A DNA stretch of 46,122 nucleotides from assembly GCA_032718475.1 (NCBI GenBank), contig JAUCBJ010001773.1:1-46122 (forward strand), in the 5' to 3' direction. Origin of the DNA: Nemertoderma westbladi. Lineage: Eukaryota > Animalia > Xenacoelomorpha. Shown in pieces: positions 1 through 10,470 of this stretch (position 1 is the first letter of the stretch; every line of letters begins with the position of its first letter). The notes below the pieces were generated by a model. It saw only the letters and a list, made by a program, of their open reading frames with translations. It had not been told where the DNA came from and did no database searches. The translations under genes and the position numbers were made by a program.

Positions 1-4
1 ATTT

Positions 5-57
5 AGTACTCTGCGTTGATACCACTGCTTTAAGCAGTGGTATCAACGCAGAGTACT
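5..57. other. Library adapter artefact: two back-to-back copies of the SMART/ISPCR (PacBio ultra-low-input) amplification adapter
   Basis: 32-57 reads AAGCAGTGGTATCAACGCAGAGTACT and 5-30 is its exact reverse complement, with 1 nt between them. Confidence 0.97.
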
Positions 58-324
58 AATTATAATTTATATAATGTTCTCTGGTATCTCTGGTGTGTTC
101 CAAAAGACCTCCACTTCCACCAGCTTAGGGTTATGTGTTACTTCCACAAATAATAATACACAAGTAATATAAATTGGGGGGGTTTATGCGCCTGTCGATT
201 TATACGAATCGACAGGCGCAACAAAAGTATTTGGAATATTATGCCCATGTGGGGCGAGCCACGAAGTTGGCGGAGCCTTAGCGAATTGACACTGTTAGGG
301 GGTGGGTCAATTTATGCAAATAGT

Positions 325-390
325 TGTCGTCGTCGTCGTCGTCGTCGTTGTCGTCGTCGTCGTTGTCGTCGTCGTCGTTGTCGTCGTCGT
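325..390 (+). repeat. (GTC)n/(GTT) trinucleotide microsatellite
   Basis: Directly visible; it explains the poly-Arg ORF 241..441. Confidence 0.95.
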
Positions 391-510
391 TACGATTTTG
401 ACATGCTAATAACTTTGTCGGATTTAAAGCTGCCAAGTTGAAAATTTGTAGGTATCAATATGAGCAAAAGTTGAGATTTTTGAGAGACTTTCAGACACCA
501 TCAGTGCAAT

Positions 511-1710
511 GGTCTCCCGCTAGAGGGCCACATGTCTAAACATTAAATGGCCACCCATTTCTTTGCTTTTAATCCGTTTAAGCTGAAACTTGGGAAGTAT
601 GTACTAGACCATTAGCTGTAAATTTCAAAGGAGGCTAATCTGTCTGCAGTTCTCCAGTCTGCCGCTAGAGGGCGAAATGTCCCGAATGTGAAATTATTCT
701 TCCATTTAGTTGTTTATGATCTGATTACGCTGAAACTTGTCATATATGTACTAGATGACATCCTGAGTCTTTGTGTGGATTGTAATCGGTCCGAAGTTTT
801 CCAGTCTCCCGCTAGAGGGCCACATGTCTAAACATTAAATGGCCACCCATTTCTTTGCTTTTAATCCGTTTAAGCTGAAACTTGGGAAGTATGTACTAGA
901 CCATTAGCTGTAAATTTCAAAGGAGGCTAATCTGTCTGCAGTTCTCCAGTCTGCCGCTAGAGGGCGAAATGTCCCGAATGTGAAATTATTCTTCCATTTA
1001 GTTGTTTATGATCTGATTACGCTGAAACTTGTCATATATGTACTAGAAGACATCCTGAGTCTTTGTGTGGATTGTAATCGGTCCGAAGTTTTCCAGTCTC
1101 CCGCTAGAGGGCCACATGTCTAAACATTAAATGGCCACCCATTTCTTTGCTTTTAATCCGTTTAAGCTGAAACTTGGGAAGTATGTACTAGACCATTAGC
1201 TGTAAATTTCAAAGGAGGCTAATCTGTCTGCAGTTCTCCAGTCTGCCGCTAGAGGGCGAAATGTCCCGAATGTGAAATTATTCTTCCATTTAGTTGTTTA
1301 TGATCTGATTACGCTGAAACTTGTCATATATGTACTAGAAGACATCCTAAGTCTTTGTGTGGACAGTAATCGGTCCGGAGTTTTCGAGTCTGCCGCTAGA
1401 GGGCGAAATGTAGGAAAGTGATAACCTTTGCGAATTCCTTGATCTTAATCTATTTAAGCTGAATTTTGGAATATACAGTACCGGTATGTACTAGACCACA
1501 TGCCTCGTCTTTGTGAGGAAGGTGATCGATCCGTAGTTCTTTAATATGCCGCTAGAGGGCTAAATGTATGAAAGTGAAAACCTTCCAACATTTCGTTATT
1601 TATGATCCGTCAATCGGAAACTTGGTAGATATGTAATAGACCATAGGATGTGGCTTTGTAGGGAAACTAATCCTTCCTTCTTCAGTTACCCAGTCTCCCG
1701 CTAGAGGGTT
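511..1710 (+). repeat. Tandem array of ~146-bp monomers (145+147 = 292-bp dimer x3, plus diverged units), each carrying CCGCTAGAGGG(C)
   Basis: The motif starts at 517, 662, 809, 954, 1101, 1246, 1393, 1549 and 1698. Confidence 0.93.
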
Positions 1711-2046
1711 AACGTTTTCCGGGAAAATCTTCTCCTATGTTTTTATAATCCTTTCGAGTTGATACTTAGCATTAACTCATTTCACGTGCTGCGCGAAGGC
1801 CCCACTTCGTGTATACTTATATATGTAATCCTTCAAGTATAAACAAAACTGACCTTAACAAAATCAAGGTAGGCATTTGTTATTTTCCATCAGCAACATG
1901 GGCTTTAACTTTTAACTTTACATGGCATTAATAATACTGTAATATTCTAGAACAATACCACATGGCCAACACCGTCGGCCATGCGCTTGCACGGTGCAAA
2001 TGCTCCATTTGCGCTCTCCACCTGGATAGAACATAATCAAATGTAA

Positions 2047-2393
2047 ACACGTTCGTGGGGTGGGGCCTTAGTGTGGGAGGTGTCTAAGTAAGTAGACTTA
2101 TCATACGGGTACTACTATTTCAACCGTTTCCTTGTCGCCCTCTAGTGGGGGTGGGGGAGTGTAGAACTTTTGACTCCCACCCCCCCCCCCCCCCCCCACT
2201 CAAATTCTATTTCAAATTTTCGAGAGACTACATTTGTACAAAGTTTGGTTTAATTTCATCAATGATTGACTAAGTTATTAGCCTTCAAACATTTGTCGAC
2301 AGACGGAGAGACAGACCGAATCCGAAATACAACGGTTGAAACAGCTGTACCTATATGCTAAGCTAATCTCGCTAACTTCGTCGCTCGCCCAAC
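2047..2393 (-). mobile_element. Short HINE-like element, copy 2
   Basis: Minus strand begins TTGGGCGAGCGACGAAGT..CTTAGCATA, has a GTCTGTC tract and ends CGAACGTGT like copies 3 and 4. One CTCF-like motif lies at 2136-2148. Confidence 0.5.
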
Positions 2394-2494
2394 AACAACT
2401 GCTCAACCACAGCCGGATTGAAACTCAAGCAATACGAAACCGGTAGGTGTAAAGGTCTACAAAAGGACAATGAATTTACAAATAATCAACTTAC

Positions 2495-2639
2495 TTTCCT
2501 CTCTCAAAATTATTTCTTTCATTATCCAACAGAAGATTATCCGTTTCTCCAGTATCTCCATAGAGAATAATAAATACATTAGCATCAGTTCCGGCCCCTC
2601 TTACGTCACTGGTAGTAACAGCAATCTGGTAAGAACATT
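2495..2639 (-). CDS. PLAT-repeat (LOXHD1-like) gene, exon 12: N-half of PLAT domain 4
   Basis: 145 nt, TAG acceptor, GTAAGT donor, phase 1 to 2. Encodes [48 protein letters not shown], with the [12 protein letters not shown] and FERG motifs. Confidence 0.92.
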
Positions 2640-3209
2640 CTAGAAGAAAAATACAATCATATAAGTTATGGCACGTCTCACGTCACTGGTAGTAACACCA
2701 ATCTGGTTAGAACATTCTAGAACAAAAATACAAAATTATAAGATAGGGTAAGGCTTACATTAGTGTGCTTGTTGCATTAAACTGGTAACAAGATTCTAGA
2801 ACAAGTATACACAAAATAGTCTATCAGTAGTACCGCCACACCTTGGCTGTTGTATCACTGAAAAAATATCTGGTAAGAAGATTCTAGAACATAAATACGA
2901 CATTATATAGTCCCCGTTAAACCAGTATTAGCATGACCTACTACTTATAGTTTAGGTCTTTAGTTTAGGTATTAGTTACAACAATCTGGCCAAAATACTA
3001 ACTATTTATTACATGAACACAAATAGATGCCTTACCCAGGGAAAGCCCAAACTATTAGTTTGCTTTGCTTTTCCCTGTGATAGAACTAACAGATGTCGGC
3101 CTCCAACATCAATAAAATTATAATTACCAGGCTGTAAAATCGTTATTATATTGTAGTAGCTTTGAGTATTAAAATGTTGGATGAGTTAACAAATCTAGTA
3201 TAAACTTAC

Positions 3210-4522
3210 GTTGTGGAATAATGTCTTCAGTTGTTCCTATTTCAACATTTACTTTATCACCATCTCCATGGTCAGATGATGAGGACGAAGAAGATGACGA
3301 AGAACTACTACTTCTTGATTTTACCTTTTCAACGAGTTCATCAATAATATCTTCAGTTTCTTCAACAACGTCGTCTGATTTTTCGTCGGTTGCACTGTGA
3401 GAAGATTCCAAACTACTGCTTCTAATCTTGATATCATCAGAAACAACTTCTTCAGGCTCTTCTTCGGGTTCTTCTTCGGGCTCTTCCTCAGGTTCACCAT
3501 ATGATGAACTACTACTGCTGCTATGGGATTTGGTATCATGATCAGCAACAATCTCTTTAGTTTCTTCAATAACGTCATCATCAGGCTCTTCCTCGGGTTC
3601 ACCATGTGATGAACTACTACTGCTGCTATGGGATTTGGTATCATGATCAGCAACAATCTCTTTAGTTTCTTCAATAACGTCCTCATCAGGCTCTTCTTCA
3701 GGTTCACCATGTGATGAACTACTACTGCTGCTATGGGATTTGGTATCATGATCAGCAACAATCTCTTTAGTTTCTTCAATAACGTCCTCATCAGGCTCTT
3801 CTTCAGGTTCACCATGTGATGAACTACTACTGCTGCTATGGGATTTGGTATCATGATCAGCAACAATCTCTTTAGATTCTTCAATAACGTCATCATCAGG
3901 CTCTTCCTCAGGTTCACCATGTGATGAACTACTACTGCTGCTATGGGATTTGGTATCATGATCAGCAACAATCACTTTAGATTCTTCAATAACGTCATCA
4001 TCAGGCTCTTCCTCAGGTTCACCATGTGATGAACTACTACTGCTGCTATGGGATTTGGTATCATGATCAGCAACAATATCTTCTTTACCCTCACTTATAT
4101 CATCGGCATGTTCTTCGGGTTGTACTTCTTGCGCAGCACTATGAGTGGACACTGAACTGCTACTTCTCGATTTAATTTCTTTAACGACATATTCAACACT
4201 TTCAACAATTTCATGTTGGTTTTGTTCCTTTGCACTGTGCGATGAAGACGAACTACTACTACTTCGGGGCTTACTTTCTTCATCATCATCTCTATCAACC
4301 TTGTCTCCTATATTACGAATTATTTCGAGCTCAATAGCCCCATCCAGTTCGCTCTCATCCAACCACCGATCGCATATAAACACGTCTTTAGTACCGGTAG
4401 TTAGGTTATTAACTTCCACCTTATCGCAATGCCAACCGGCACCAAATCCTTTACCATCGTGACCAATTCGGATTTTAGAAATTTCTCCAAGGTTATTCAG
4501 GTTGAAGGTAAATTCATCGACA
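3210..4522 (-). CDS. PLAT-repeat gene, exon 11: C-half of PLAT domain 3 plus a long acidic/Ser-rich repeat linker
   Basis: Lies within ORF 3169..4539. TTTTCCAG acceptor, C|GTAAGT donor, 1313 nt, phase 2 to 1. Encodes VDEFTF..LGEISKIRIGHDGKGFGAGWHCDKVEV..FICDRWLD. Confidence 0.92.
3480..4080 (-). repeat. Coding tandem repeat, 105 bp / 35 aa, ~6 copies
   Basis: Unit KEIVADHDTKSHSSSSSSSHGEPEEEPDDDVIEET; period confirmed between 3541 and 3646. Confidence 0.95.
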
Positions 4523-4570
4523 CTGGAAAACAAAACCAACTCGTAAAGTTTGTTTTATGTGAACTGTTTA

Positions 4571-5864
4571 ACACGTTCGTAGGGCCTTCGCGCAGCACGA
4601 GGCTCAGTTATCAGATACAGATTAAAATTGGGCAATTCTATCCCAAAATCGATACTTAAGAAATTTAAATAAATAAATAAGAAATTTAACCAAACTGCCA
4701 ATAAAAATAAATCAAAGAAGGTATGAAAGTTTCCCCCCTCGCTTCAACCGCCCTCTTAATCTGCACCACCCCAACCGCAAAGGAGTACAGAGGATTAATG
4801 AAAGTATCAACAGGAAATTTGTGTTTTCAAAGTAATATATTTTTAGGTGTGGAAGCAACTATTGATACTGAAATATTAATTTATCATGTCAACACCTCAA
4901 TGAAATTATTTAGCTAATGAATCTAAATTAATATTAATAAATTAAATACGATTAAATACTCAGGCAATCATTTTGCGAGATAAAGCAAGCTGGCTTATTA
5001 TTATGGCACCTTACACTAGTAGTACCTGCCTATGCCATATAGATGTAATTACCCGTTGCCAAGTAGTGGTGAGATGATTGGACTGGTTCCAATTAATAGG
5101 CAATATCAAGAATACCAAGGAATGATGGAGCTGGAAGTATAGAGTGATGGAAGGCATTTTAACTTAATTACGTTTAGATCAATTAAAAACACATATCTTA
5201 AAGCAAATCACTTGAACCAATTAAAAACTATAATGGAAAAGGGTATGGGGATTACAGCTGTATAATTTTTAAGCATAATTATTTTTATATCTTACACTTA
5301 AATCTTACACTTTCCATTAAAAGTTATGTTGAAAATGCTGTTTTTACAATAATCAACTTAATTAATTTTAATTTAATTCAAAGCAAACAGTCGGCCGAAG
5401 CCGGAGGCGACCCGAAGGCTCCTCTTTCGATAGCTGCTACCCGAGGGTAGGGGTGGGCGCTACTCCTATCCCAAGATTTGCTCCCAGTTATATAACTGGT
5501 ACTCATAATTTTTATCGACACCAGTGGATGAAAGGCTGAGTGGACCCTGGCGGGGCTGAACCTACAACCATTAGATTGCAGGCCAGGCGCTCAACCAACT
5601 GAGCTACCCCGCCTTCCTTAATTTAATTAATTAACTGAATTTATCTTACCTCCACGAAGGCCACACGCAAATTCAACATGGAAAATTTCTAAACTTTTGC
5701 CAGACTACATGTGTATCAAGTTTGGATAGATTTCATCGAGTTATTAACGTTTCAAATTGAACATACCAGAACAACAGAATAATAGAATAACAGTAACATA
5801 CACACCGATTGAGTTAGTGGTACCTGTATGCTAAGCTCGCTTACTTTCGTGGCTCGCCCCACAT
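4571..5864 (-). mobile_element. HINE-like element, copy 3, interrupted by a SINE
   Basis: Minus strand starts ATGTGGGGCGAGCCACGAAAGT..CTTAGCATA and ends CGTGCTGCGCGAAGGCCCTACGAACGTGT. Confidence 0.6.
5382..5613 (-). mobile_element. tRNA-derived SINE with a Deu/Nin-like core
   Basis: Head GGCGGGGTAGCTCAGTTGGTTGAGCG..GGTTCAGCCCC (A and B boxes), core CTCAGCCTTTCATCC..GTCGATAAA..ATGAGTACC, and a GC-rich hairpin-prone tail. The core assignment is from memory of the consensus. Confidence 0.8.
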
Positions 5865-6147
5865 AGTGTTCTATAGCTCAAATCATGCATCAATGGTTAC
5901 CAGGTACCAGTTAGTGTGTCCTGTCCATTTCTGCCTGTAGCTCAAATCCAGTTACCAGTTAGTTTGCCCAGCCTATTATATTTGTGAGTAATATAGATTT
6001 AAGTTTAACCTGCTGTCCTTTGTTTTGCTGTGAAAAATTATATTGACTTTTCAAATCAAAGGAATTCTAAGAAATTATACTAATTCTTGTATATTTGTTC
6101 ACGTTGGAAGTAAAAACATTACAAAAAACAAATAAATTCTGTATTAA

Positions 6148-7561
6148 CCCTATTAAACCCGGGGGGGGGAGGGGGGGTCAATATGACCACTCCCGTGGTT
6201 TTTTTATTATAATTCTGAAACAAACGCGGTTGTGAATCTGAAATTTTATGACTTTTCCTAAAAATCTATTGTCTTCCTAGTATTGAAAACCGGTTTCAAA
6301 AATATTGGGTAGTTTTCGAGTTATAGCACCATTTTTTTAACCCTACTTTTGGCATTTTTTGAGACGTTTTTTGAAAATTACATTTCATTAAATATTAATT
6401 GTAACATCTCTATTTTTGATTTACACCGGTTTTTTGGTGTTAGCAATTGGATGGAATTCATATAAATTGATTTAGAAATTTCCAACGTTTTTTTTTTCGG
6501 CTGGTGCCAAATTTTGGTGCCAGCACCAAATTTTTAAATATGTCAATTTTGTAAATTGATTGTTTGAAACTTGTTTTTTATGCAATTGGGGTTTTTTGGG
6601 GTTCTGGTTTCGAAGAAATATATACGAGTTGCACCAAGCGTATCAAACTTGTATTTTTCGGTGCTGTGTGCAAATTTTGGTGCTAGCACGAAATTTTTAA
6701 AATCCATTCAATAGATAAAATTGCTTGTGACAATGTATTTCTTGCATTTTAGAGGTTTATGGCTGTTCTGAATTCAATGGAATATACAATTATCGAACTA
6801 GACATCTCAAACTTGTATTTTTCGGAAGTTGGTGCAAAATGTGGTGCTAGCACCAAATTTTGAAAACCATCAAATATATCAATTGATTGTGTCATCTTGT
6901 TTCTTGCGTTATACGGGTTTATGAGGGTCCTGAATCCGATGGAATCAATAAAAACAGCACTGGACATCGCAAACTTTTTGGTGATGGGTACGAAATTTGG
7001 TGCTAGCACCAAAATTTGCCAAATTACGCCGAAAAATACAAGTAGCAATGATCTGGCATTTGAAATGTATTCCATTAGAATCAGCGCCTTAGAAAACCTG
7101 AAAATGTGAATATATAGCATCGTATAAGTGAATTAAAAATTTTGTGTTCTAACTGAAAAGTGCTGGTTACTTGTTTTTGTCATTTTTTTCCTACGCATAG
7201 AGGACTAAACAGCCATTTATGGTAATCATATCATTTTTAAATATTTTCCAATGTATTTTGCGCCCCAGAAAACCTGTATTGAAAAACAATTCGCCGAAAA
7301 ATGTAACTTTCACATTTTGTGAAAATTGTGCATTACTTGTAATTTTGGTGCTGCAATATTACCACCCCAGTACATTTTTTCGAAAATTTTTTTCGGTCGG
7401 ATCCAGACTAGTGATACCTACGTACAAACAAAAAATCAGACATTTTCGTAAATATTTGTAGATTTTAGAGGAAGGGGTCAATATGACCCCCCACCCCCCC
7501 CCCCCCCCCCCCCCCGGTATTTGTACAGCATTTTATAGCCCGGTACTAATAGCTAATAGGG
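6148..7561. mobile_element. Non-autonomous piggyBac-type DNA transposon
   Basis: TTAA|CCCTATTA at 6144-6155 and TAATAGGG|TTAA at 7554-7565. Subterminal GGGGTCAATATGACC at both ends; four ~160-bp internal subrepeats; no transposase ORF. Confidence 0.85.
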
Positions 7562-7669
7562 TTAATATTACTTAGATTGCAATTAAAAATGTAAGCAGAA
7601 TAATCTATGTACAACATACAGTACAATGCGGAAGCCTTATTGACAGATTGAAGCAGTAGGCTGCTAGCC

Positions 7670-7889
7670 CGTGGCACTGCAATACAGGTAGATAAATAGC
7701 AACGGAATTGCTCCAAATCGAAGGTCATCCTTCCAGACAACATCCCCACTCTGCAAATCGGCCTCACACGGCTCGGAACCCCATTGGACGCGCTGTCTGC
7801 ACCGGTACCGCCCTTCTCCACTCCTGTCTAACCACCAAGATTGTATTTGCCCTGCACTTTACTTCCTGGTTTGAGGTTGCCTCTCCAAA
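7670..7889 (+). pseudogene. GC-rich, possibly retroelement-derived fragment; continues at 11893-12030 beyond the transposon insertion
   Basis: Frameshifted peptides GLTRLGTPL and ALLHSCLTTKIVFAL loosely resemble the RT C-terminus of CRE-clade LINEs. Weak evidence. Confidence 0.3.
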
Positions 7890-8146
7890 GGATCTAGGAC
7901 ACTTCCCCCCGGACACTTCCCCCCGGACACTTCCCCCCGGACACTTGCCCCCCGGACACTTCCCCCCCAGTTAAAGTGTTAAAATTAATCTGGGTGCATC
8001 AAAGCAATAAACAAAAGTTAAAGATGGTTACAGGACAAGTTGTATCTAATCCAGTAAGCAACCGAGGGTGGACTCTCTATAGCCGAGGGGCACTTGTATA
8101 ATAACTAATAATCACGAACCCCGTCCTCTTATAATATATAACTCTG

Positions 8147-8212
8147 TAGTAGTCAGTAGTAGTAGTAGTAATAGTAGTAGTAGTAGTAGTAGTATAAGTA
8201 GTAAGTAATAGT
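8147..8212 (+). repeat. (TAG)n microsatellite
   Basis: Directly visible; it explains the poly-Thr ORF 8077..8277. Confidence 0.9.
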
Positions 8213-9249
8213 AAAGGAGATCGGTTTAAACCAAATTGATAAAGTAACATTATTATATAACATAACCATATAGACAAAGTCGAATAAGATACGGATTCAT
8301 AATTATTTTATCAAACTCATGTACTACTTACTTCAATGTGCCAATTGTAATAATAATTAAACATATTATTCCGATTAATCTGCGTTTGGCCCTATAAGAT
8401 ATTATACTGAAGTATTTTATATCAATATATCCATGCGAGTAAACAAGAAGTGAAGTAAATGTTTATTATTATAGTTTTAGAAATTGAATGATATACCCAA
8501 GATAGTGAAATAGACAATATACAAGAAATTGCCATTTGATCAGATATATCAAAGCGGCGTCATTAGTATAATACCGTAATAGTATCAATTCACTCTGTTA
8601 TACAATGTAAATATACTAAATCTATTTATAAATATATTATGAGCCCTACATTGTATATTTCTCCTACAGCTGTACAGGTAGACAATGTAGTATGTTAAAA
8701 CTTGATATAATTTGGTATAATGTATAACATATTACAAATAAGACTGAGGCAGCTAAACTGTATTGCAAAGAAATATAAGAAATATATTGCAAATATCCGA
8801 AAGTAATATACTAGACCCCCCTCCACCCTATAAATAGTGTTCAAAACCTACCCCACCCACCGCCCTTATTACTTCATAATAATGAAAGATAGTACTGGCG
8901 CTCCGGTCACTCCGTTCCCTCCGCTGGGGGGGTTAAGTTGTAGGTTTTGACACTATGCAAAATCCGAGCACAGAGTTAGAAGCGCATTGGATAGGCGAAC
9001 ATTTCTTGCAGTGAAAGTATTTCCATACCTATTATAGTTTTCGAGATAGTCAGACATGAGTAGCTAAAATTTGAATTTTTTTGGTAAATTCTGATTTCAC
9101 CGGTACCTATCATCCGAAATATGGATTGTGATATCTGTAACTAACTGTACATTCACATATTTTCAAGGAAAAAATTCGATCAAGGGTTTTCGAAATATTT
9201 CCGAATTACCGGAAGCAGACTTTGGACGACCATATCTCCGGTACCGGTA

Positions 9250-10470
9250 GGCCTATTGAGTCGAAATTTTTTTTAATCTACTTAGAACACTCCAGTGAAT
9301 GTTTTTTAGTTTGAAAGTTTTGCCCCAAAATGCTCAGAAGTAATTTCGAAAAAACTGATCATTTCGCGATCATGATCTTTTGACCCCCTAGAATTGAACT
9401 TTTTTATGGTCAAATTTTGGCTACCCCCCCGAATTCGAGGGTGAGGAATCTTTTTGTAATGTTAAGTTTTTTCATACGGTGAACTCACAGGACTTGGTCT
9501 TCGAAATAAAACCGAAAACATGATCTTTCCTGATCATGGCCTGATCAAATCGCTTTTTGAAAATTTTGAAATGCTCAAAAGTTGCCCCTTCTTAATAGAA
9601 GTCGATTAGTAAAAAAAAAATCGGGGGTCTCAAACAAAGTTTTAGAGAAAATCGGGAAAAACTGAAAAACACGATCTTTTATGATCAGGAAGCTGATCTC
9701 GAGAACTGGTTGCCCGATCGAGCCAATTTTTTTTTTAATCAACTCAGAATAGACCATTGCACATTTCTTACAATGAATGTTTATTAGAAAAATGCGTAGA
9801 TTCGATTTTAAATATACTGATCTTTTCGCGATCATGATCTTGAGTTTTGACCCTCTAGACTTGAACTTTTTTATGTCCAAATTTTGGCTACCCCCCATAA
9901 TTCTAGGGTGAGGAATCTTTTTGTGATGTTAAGTTTTTCCATATGGTGAACTCCCAGGACTTGGTCTTCGAAATAAAACCGAAAACACGATCTTTCCTGA
10001 TCATGGCCTGATCAAATCGCTTTTTGAAAATTTCGAAATGCTCAAAAGTTGCCCCTTCATCATAGAAGTCGATTCGTAAAAAAAAAATCGGGGTTCTCAA
10101 ACCAAGTTTTCGAGAAAATTGGAAAAAACAGAAAAACACAATCTTTAATGATCAGGTATCAGATCTGAGAACCGGTTGTCCGATCGAGCCAATTTTTTTT
10201 TTAATCGACTCAGGGCCTTGTTCTGAACGTTTCCTACAGTAATTGTTTATATCCAAAATGCTTAGTTACGAAGTCCGATCTTTGCGCGATCATGATCTTG
10301 CGTTTTGATCAGGAAGAATTCACTTTTTTGAAAATCTTTTAACGGGAATCATGACTAATGTGGGGTCGCTGAATCTTTTTGTAATGTTAAGTTTCTCGAT
10401 TGGAGCAAGCCTTGAGTGTCCGATCCCTGATCAAAACTGATCTTTGCTGATCATGGTCAAGATCTTGATC
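9250..10470. repeat. ~465-bp tandem duplication (about 2.5 units), GATC-rich, probably part of an element nested in the Mutator-like transposon
   Basis: GTGAGGAATCTTTTTGT at 9441 and 9908, with a diverged third unit near 10370. Confidence 0.8.

Larger units (their letters stand above)
247..1812 (+). mobile_element. Non-autonomous Helentron/HINE (DINE-1-like) element, copy 1, with (GTC)n and an internal tandem array
   Basis: 5' end TGTGGGGCGAGCCACGAAGT..CTTAGC, then a microsatellite, then a 3' end CGTGCTGCGCGAAGGCCC. The same ends recur in three other copies in the window. The superfamily is inferred from architecture only. Confidence 0.6.

Noticed and set aside
241-441. Protamine-like poly-Arg/Cys ORF
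   Set aside because: It is a translation of the (GTC)n microsatellite within a repeat element.
3321-4462. Alternative-frame and antisense ORFs over exon 11 (likewise 13722-14522, 19307-19588, 43890-44168)
   Set aside because: They are shadows of the real low-complexity coding frame and show no independent motifs.
5540-5613. Possible tRNA-Cys(GCA) gene
   Set aside because: The acceptor and T arms are imperfect and the sequence runs into a SINE core and tail, so it is a SINE head. The same applies to the heads at 17707 and 20097.
6749-7461. ORFs inside the piggyBac-type element
   Set aside because: They are short, lack transposase DDD motifs and derive from AT-rich subrepeats.
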